Of a stretch of DNA of 64,000 nucleotides, positions 55,295-64,000 are shown piece by piece. Position 1 is the stretch's first letter; each line of letters starts with the position of its first letter. A program made the translations under genes and the position numbers. Where the stretch lies: contig NW_002060972.1 of assembly GCF_000150275.1 (NCBI RefSeq), forward strand, positions 124,001-188,000, written 5' to 3'. This DNA is from Trichoplax adhaerens (taxonomy: Eukaryota > Animalia > Placozoa). The notes beneath the pieces were generated by a model, which worked only from the letters and a program-made list of their open reading frames with translations, was not told the origin of the DNA and made no database searches.

Positions 55295-58200
55295 ATCGTT
55301 GTGATCCCAATCCATGCTTTAATAGTGGAACATGCAATAGACAGAAAGAAGATTACTCATGTAATTGCCATACAAATTTCACTGGTAAAAATTGTGAGAA
55401 AGGTACGTAGTTCTATTTAAAATGAGTAACAAACAAGAAATATCAATACCTACGATATGGACATTTAATCATTTCAGCCAAGTAATGCTTATTTTTTAAT
55501 ATTTGAACAGATTTCGATCCATGTAGTCGCCTGCCTTGCCTAAATGGAACATGCTTAAAGAATAATGATAGCTATCAATGCTTATGTCCTCGTGGATATA
55601 CAGGGCGGAATTGTGAACAAAGTTAGAAAGGAGTAACTTGAATAAAAGGCTACAAACTCCCTTAATTTTTGCCCGTATAACTAAGTTATATCAAAATCTT
55701 TTGTATATGGATACCAATCGTATTTGTAAAGTTATACACATTTATTAATATTTGAACAGATTTCGATTCATGTAGTCGCCAGCCTTGCATAAATGGAATA
55801 TGCCTAAGGAACAATGATAGCTATCAATGCTTATGCAATCGTGGATACACAGGGCGGAATTGTGAACGAGGTTAGAGTCGAGTATTATGATGTATGTATT
55901 AATCATATACGTAAAAGCTAAATATTCTCGTCGTTTTATCATTTAAATGGAAAACAGATGCGTTATATTCAGATCCTGCTGAACCTCCATTAAGATTTTT
56001 ATTGATTTATTAGCTTCGTAAATTCATTTTTGGAATTTAATATATAATTCTAGATATTGACGAATGTAAAAACGGAACGAATGCATGCCACGAAATTTGC
56101 ATCAATACACTTGGGAGCTATAAATGCAGTTGCAGATTAGGCAATATCCTTCTCAATGACTATGTATCCTGTCACGGTATTTTAATTAGAAATTGGACTC
56201 ATTTTAATTTATCAAAAGTTATGCAATGTTTGTTTTTTGAATATCGGTGTGTTATTATTTACCGCATAGATCCCTGTTTAAATTATACACAAATTACTGA
56301 TAAAACAAGATCAATTTATTATATGGATAAAAGTCAAATTCTAAGTGACCAAGCCATGATAAATAATACCTGGTATCGATTTAATGGAGGCAATAACAGT
56401 CAGATGATGGCAAATCGCCCAGTTTCAATGCTTCAATGTGCAGCTATCTCACCAGGATGGTTAGCAACCAATCATCCTCAAAGTATACAAGATATTTCTA
56501 TTTCATATAAATTAAATTTAGGCACAGAGACTATGTTAATACGCAAAACGATCTATTAACTTATCTACTATTATACCTATTTTGATAACCACGAAATTCA
56601 TTCGATTAATAATATGTTACATAATATTAAAATTGCTAGCTTCGCAAGGCATTACGATAGACAGAGTGTGCTTTACATGGGTTGAAAGAAACTGCCGCTG
56701 GGCTCGAACTATTCGTATTAGAAATTGTAATCAATATTTTGTTTATCAGTTACCACCGCCATTAGCACAATATCAGAGATATTGTACAACTAAACAAGGT
56801 GAATGAAAGGTTTTTAGGTTAATTTAACTTATATATAAAAATAAGTCCAGTGAATATGAGCATTGATATGAAACATACATGTGTCCACTAATACATAAGT
56901 ATAAAAGATTATTTGTTTTCAAGCAATGAGACGGACTGAAAATTTACCTTAACGTTATTATTTCTTGATAGACTTTTGCGATCCAAACCCTTGCTTCAAT
57001 GGCACTTGCCTCTCTCAATCTGACGGATTTTATTGCAGCTGCAATTCTGGATTTACTGGAAAATTATGCCAGCATGGTAGCATAAATTTTAAGTGTAACG
57101 TAGTCAATTAAGCTCAGGATATCAATGTTCTTAATATCACTAATAATCAATAAACCCATGATATTACCTATCTATATGCATTAATTAAAAAGCTGGCATT
57201 GTCATTTTTATATTTCTATCATTTCCTGTTTGGGTAACAAGACGTAAATCAATGTCTTTCCAATCCTTGCAAATACGGCCGATGTATCGATCTTGATAGC
57301 GGCTACCGATGTATATGCCAGCAAGGCTTTACTGGATACGATTGCCAACATGGTAAGGCTGTTGTTGACTTTAAATTGTTTTCCGTTTATTCTAGCATTA
57401 CAATTTAATATTTTACTACATGCTGTAAGGCTACTAATTTTTGATAGCGCAATATGCTTGTAATCTTAATGTAAAATATATCCGATTGGTAACTGTAGAC
57501 CATTATGATGAGTAATTTATGGTCATATTATGTTTTTAGTGGATAACTGTTGTTTGATAATATATATTTTAGATATTAATGAATGCCAAAATGAAACAAA
57601 TCTGTGTAAAGAAGTTTGTGTCAATACTCTTGGTAGCTATAAGTGCGCTTGTAAACTAGGCAACATCCTTCTCAATGATAATATATCCTGTTTTGGTAAT
57701 GCAAGGGCTGTTCTTTCTAATCTTTCGTAAATGATTGCTTATTGCAAATAAAGAAATTCAGTATCACTGATGTAATACTAATTTCCTTTTCATCAATTCA
57801 GATCCTTGTTCGAAATATACCCAAATTGATGATGAATCACGAGCAGTTAATTGGAATGTCAAAAATCTAACTTCAAATGAGCAATCGTTGATGAATAATA
57901 CTTGGTATCGATTTAATGGGGGGAAAATTAGTCAAATGATGGTTACATATCCTATTCCTATGCTCAAATGTGGAGCATTATCGCCGGGATGGCTTACAGG
58001 GAACCATTCGGAAGGTTAATAAAATATTTCTACGAAATATTAATATAATCGTACATTAGTTTACGATTGATACTATATCGGTCTAACTCTCATGTTTAAG
58101 CATCATTTTTTAGCAATTTGATTTGATGTGACAGTATTAAATTTCTTATTAAGCAAATGCTCATCTTTACTGCAATATCAAACATTCAATGATCATTTAG

Positions 58201-61200
58201 TAATTATATTGATCTTTACATCAACGTGAATAGTCTCACAAGGAATAATATCGGGCAAAGTTTGCTTTGTTTGGCTGAACAATAATTGCCAATGGACTCG
58301 CACCATTCGTATTAGAAATTGTCATCAATTTTTCGTCTATCAATTACCACCACCACCTGTTTATAACCAGAGATATTGTACAGCGAAATATGGTAAAGAA
58401 TCTTTAGGATTATAATTAATTATACCTGCACATGCATATTATCGGAACTTCAGCCAAAGTAGCATGCTTAATCGTCATTTCATATCATAATCCCTGTAAT
58501 GCACTTTATAAGTATCATTTGTAAGTAGATGTGATCCCTTAAAAATTACGGGCGTAAGTATAACTGAAGTCAGTATTAAATTATGATTGTCGTCAGACTT
58601 TTGTGATCCAAATCCTTGCATTTATGGAGCTTGTCTTTCTCAAAATGATGGATATTACTGCCGATGCAATGCTGGCTTTACTGGAAAATTATGCAATCAG
58701 GGTAAGTAAATAACGCTTATTAAAAGAAATACAATCGAACTCGTCGAGGAGACCAGTATCTTTTAAGCCATCGATATGGCAATAAAAATATATTATAATC
58801 TCATGAAAACATCTATTTATCAGCAGTGGATAATTATATTGACAATGTCTTATTTTTACATTGATAACTTGCAGACGCTAATGAATGCCTCTCGAATCCT
58901 TGCATACATGGCAAATGTAAAAATCTTCGTGCCGGCTATCAATGTAACTGCAGTCAAGGTTTTACTGGAATAAACTGTGAAAATGGTAACGTTATCAGTA
59001 ATTTAAAAAAATCAAAAATTTGTCGTGTGTATAAGTCGATATACCGCGATGATTCGTTTTATTTTCAAATTTTAATGCACTTTTAAAAATTTATCACAAA
59101 TTTTCATGGACAAGGATTTCAATTCGCATTGCAAATTAAATATAGCCTACGTATAACAAGCCTATACCTATTCTTACGCTAACGTANNNNNNNNNNNNNN
59201 NNNNNNNNNNNNNNNNNNNNNNNNNNNNNNNNNNNNGCATTTTTTAATGGCTGGTCTCAATCAGTATCTGCGTCTTATTGCGGAATTTATTCTCGGAGTA
59301 TCTATGTCACTACACGATCTATTTTCTTACAGTACTTTGGTAACATTTAAGTCAAAGCTCTAATTTTAGTATGTGATTATTGAAACTATTCTTAACTTTG
59401 AAGCGGCTTTTACTAACGCATTTGACATACACCGTATATTTCTTAGCTATTTTGCAAGCATACATTTAGCATAAAATATAAGTAATGTATTGCAAACCTG
59501 CAATTTTCTTGCAGATATAAATGAATGTCAGCAAATGAATGGTGGCTGCGCGCATGATTGTATCAATACCGTTGGTAGTTATTACTGTCAATGCCGGTAT
59601 GACTATATTGGTCGAAATGATAGTAGTCGTTGCCTTGGTGAGTATACCATTGATCCAAGTTTGCAGATACATTTTATATTGCATATACTAACTATGGTAG
59701 TTTCAATCTACAAATAGATATACACTATGAGTAGAAGTTACAATACTGTATCAATATCAAACTTATATTCTGAAATGATTCATTGGCGGCTGCTAATATT
59801 TCTTTGATATTAAGAAAATTTCTCCTTTCGTGCTTTAAATATTTCCTATCAGGCGATTTAGTGTTATCAAATACCGCACTCTTACGCATACCTTAGCTTG
59901 TGGTCAGATTGATCTAATACTATCCCAGTATTAAATATAATTAATATCAGCCGTGCCTGTAGTTTTAAGTTTATTGAGATATGCAAATATTGATATATTT
60001 CCAATGTCTTAATTTTTTAAGCAATACTGAGTTGAAAATTTTATTTCATCACAAAATTACTTAAATTCTTTGATTGAAGATCCATGCACAGCCTACCAGA
60101 CCATTGCCGATTCTACACGTTTGATAAAAAATCGACATTTAATTCCTTTACGCTGCGATGGAGATGACATTACACCTAATTGGTATCGTTTAACCGGCAG
60201 CAATGGGAGCAATTTTATGCTTTCCGCAAATTGCCCACCGATCGCAAGATGTCAAACTGTATCTACGGGTTGGATGAATGGATCACATCCTAAAGGTACT
60301 GATGTTGATCATTTGATATGTTATTATAAGCAATGCCTTTTAAAACATACTATACAACCATTTTATTGTATCTATTATCAATAAAATGATTCTGGCTAAG
60401 AATAAGAAACGCTCATTGTTTCGTATTTATAAATCTGACAGTAATATAACTCATACATAAATTAAAAAGCTTAAATAAAGAAAATAGTAAGACGGCAAGA
60501 GGAATATCCGTTTTCAATTTATGATAATAGTAACCTTAATCCCATGCTATTGCTTATAAAAACCAAATTCATGCGTTTCGTGAGGCGAATCCTTCTCGAT
60601 TTCACAGTATTTCACAAATATCAACAATAAACATAATACTTCTACTTATTTACGATAGTGCCAGGTTAATTTCGATATCTATAAGTAAATATTGGCTTTC
60701 AAATTCATGAAGGCCGAATATATTACTCATAATATTCCAAATTATATTTTTTCTCTGTGAAAGAGATCATGTTGCATATTTGATGGTTAATTTTGAGTAG
60801 TAAATCTATTGCAGGGGGTGTTTCATGCTTTTCAACGCGGCAATAGATTCTTAATTATAATTATAACGCAAATAGTCAATCAGTATGGAATAGAGATGTT
60901 GCCATGCGACTAATTTAATTCCTAGCGCATACCTTGCATATTTAATTTTTCTTTATATAAATTTTATTATTGTGCTTACTAAAATAATTATTTACATAGT
61001 TCAGGATGGCATCGTCAATAGAACAATCTGCTTCAACCACAACAGCCAATGCTGTTACAAAACATCTGACATTATGGTAAAAAACTGCAATCAATATCAG
61101 GTATATTACCTATCTCCACCGAAAGATTATCCTCTCTGCTCCAGATATTGTGCCAATCGTTGGCGTAAGTTTAGTGACATATGTTTGTCAATGATATATA

Positions 61201-63676
61201 TAGCTTAATACAACCGATTAAAATTTGTAGTAGTCATTCCATGTAAAGCAACCCTATAAGATTATTGATAAATTGTTGATAGATCCGTGCGATCCAAATC
61301 TATGCCAAAATGGTAAGTGTACTGCTCGAAACTCTACTGCCTTCCAATGTCAATGTTCACCTGGTTTTACCGGCAGGCTGTGTGATACTGGTAAGTGATA
61401 CAAATTTTAAAAATTTTCACAACATCAACCAAGCGGTCGATTCCATATTCTGCTTATTTTTATATTGTTAAGTTATATTCAACAATCTTACATAAGAATC
61501 AGTAGATTTAATTCAATTGTACAAGGATATCGTTGCCTAGCAGAAATGAAATTACTTCACTTTAAAATATTTTGTCATCATTGAAAGTATCGATGTCTTA
61601 AGTTGATTTTAACAACGAGCAAATTTAATTTAAATGTATTAAAGGTGATATAATCTTAACAGCAATTTCTGTACCCAAAATTACAGTTACAATTCTGATT
61701 TCTTGACATAATCATGATCTGCAATACAGTATCCATTGATAAATTTAATTGTGCGCTAAGTTGGTCGTAGAATCGTCTTGCAATATTACAAGCAAACTCT
61801 ACTTCATGACTCCAAAATATCAGGATGGATTCATTTTATCCATTATAGCGGCTGTCTACTACGATTTTTTTCTTAACCGTGTGATGTTCGTAATTACTTT
61901 AATTAAGTTTGAATAGGGGAAAACACCTGAAACTAACTCAAGATGCCAGCGAGAATACTATTAGCCCTATTGATCCGCCTTTCTTTATAAAATAGCTCAT
62001 TACATTATTGTCTATACTTGACCTGATTTTGCTCCAAGTAATAAATCATACCTTCAAGAAATTCACTTCATTTATTCGTATAGTATTAAATGATGAACAC
62101 GATTTATTGCCTATATTTTAAATAATCTAATTTTCGTTAATTAATTGGAATTTTTCAGCTAATTATATAATCAACCACACCGACAAAAAGTAGGTTATTA
62201 TAATCATTATTCCTTTCATAATCATTCTCTGCTTTACTATTAATCTCATTTAGAAATTAATGAATGCTCTTCTAATCCTTGCCTTACTGGAGACTGTATC
62301 GACAACATTAATCATTACACTTGCCAATGCTCACCCGGGATGACTGGTACCAATTGTGACACAGGTAACTGTATTAACTGTTGGATCAGCTTAAATAGGA
62401 TTAAATTCAACTGCAAGGAAGATTAGTTACCTTAATATAACTATAACATCGAATCTAGATAAAAAATTAGTTTATTCTGATATTGATAATAAATAAATCG
62501 TTATTTACAAATCATTAACGTAGAATAAGGCAGCATACATGTATAGCAAGTATAAATGCATAATGATTGAGTACTATTTGCTCAGCAGATACTATACATG
62601 AACATCTATTTTTATTACCATTGCAGATGTAAATGAATGTTTAAACAAAAATGGTGGATGCAGCCACCATTGCAAGAATCTCTATTCCAGCTACTATTGC
62701 ACATGTCCTGATAACTTAGAACTCCATACCGACAATCATACTTGCTTGGGTATGTATCTTAAGCTATCATTTAAATCAATCCATAGTTAGCTAAAAATTA
62801 AAACTCACACCTCCAATAACAAACACGGTTACAAAATTATTTGCAATAGAAAGTATTATTTTACTATTATGATTATATTTAATCAAGCCTGGTGTCAATA
62901 TCGATTATGCTTTATAATGATTGCTCTTTTATTATAGATCCTTGTTCCGTAAATCATATTTCTTTTAATAATACGTTTAATCAATCAAGCGATTTTATGA
63001 AAGTATTTAAAATAAACAGCCAGTGTAATTCTTATTCGAGAAACTATAAACCAGCTCGTTGGTATGAAGCTAATCTCCAAGATAATTGCACCAACTTAGC
63101 AAACTGGATCGATATCAACCAACAACAAGGCAAATGCACTGTAGTTACAAAAGCAAGCAACTTGCAATTAACTTCGTAACGAAATTCTCCATCATTCTAC
63201 TATCGTATATATAATTAGTTGCAGTATGAAATTACTATATCATAGAGTATTCCAAAATAGTTTTCATTATAAATGATAATGACTTTTATTTTGATTTCAA
63301 TCTTTAGTCAATCGTGACTTAAACCTAAAAAGTCGTCTGATCTGCATCAATTTTGGTCTTTCAACTTGTTTTAAGACACTGTCTATGAAAACGAAATCTT
63401 GCGCCAATGGAAAAGTAATTTATAAAGCAGATCCATCATCAGCATGCATTCTGAATTATTGTAGTCAAGTCAGTGATCCAGGTACGTAAGTTATTATTTC
63501 AATGTGTTGCAGATAGAAAGTTAGCCTTATGATGATCTCTAAATCGATGGATTAATTGATATTGAAAGATTACTGTAGATCGTCTCCTTGTCGTCAGGGA
63601 CAGTGTCTGTCTACAGCTTCTGGTTATCAATGTAAATGTTTTCGAGGATTTGTTGGATTAAACTGTCAATATAAAG
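55295..63676 (+). CDS. Large modular extracellular protein (gene B) with repeated [D8C - EGF - EGF - cbEGF] units; 5' end unresolved, no stop seen before the window ends
   Basis: About 20 phase-1 exons. EGF examples: [26 protein letters not shown]. Ca-binding EGF examples: DIDEC...[28 protein letters not shown]. Four two-exon D8C-like domains (DPC.NY...TWYRF...GWL..NHP | RVCF...[18 protein letters not shown]...RYC) lie at ~56.3, 57.8, 60.1 and 62.9 kb. Confidence 0.88.
59187..59236. other. Assembly gap (50 N)
   Basis: Run of N inside an intron of gene B. Additional exons could be hidden here. Confidence 0.99.
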
Positions 63677-64000
63677 GTAAAGAGATCATTTTCGATATAA
63701 CTAGTTAGTCACATTGACAAAATTTGCTACAATAGAAATAACTCTTCCTTTTAGAGGAATTATTTAAAGCAACAATCCTTATTTTCCGTCAATATTATAT
63801 ATAAATTGTTTATTATGACAGTATCACAGTTTAGGTAAAAATTGAGATCAGCTATATAGTTCTCCTGTAGGTTTCTCGTTCGTCTTAAAACTGAAGCTGC
63901 TTATTAAGCACATGCATGACACATCACATATTCCTTTATTAATATGCCAAAACAATATTCTGTATGCTAGAATTGTCTCTACTCTTACAATTAATATCAT

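Overview
This is AT-rich eukaryotic animal DNA with short GT-AG introns and one 50-N assembly gap. The gene content resembles a compact early-branching metazoan such as a placozoan; that is an inference and is not proven here. The first ~43 kb looks like a birth-and-death cell-death/immunity locus. It holds an intronless bacterial-type GNAT acetyltransferase (one intact copy, one pseudogene), a ROCK C-terminal pseudogene, and an intact but unusually rewired UBE2D/Ubc4-type E2 plus a pseudogene copy. It also holds a complete ~21-exon CARD-NB-ARC-divergent-propeller (Apaf-1-like) gene and several decayed CARD/death-fold exons. A recent duplicate of the E2+Apaf-1 segment has collapsed through large deletions (38.7-43.1 kb). 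Foldback/MITE-like elements, a solo-LTR candidate and dispersed repeats are interspersed. From ~48.4 kb onward are tandem extracellular EGF + uromodulin/GP2-type D8C-domain genes built from phase-1 exon modules. The most notable observations are (i) an E2 that keeps its catalytic machinery but has substitutions at the RING-binding and closed-conformation residues, next to a STAND sensor, and (ii) the repeated GNAT-E2-Apaf arrangement. All gene models were read and translated by hand; no database searches were run.
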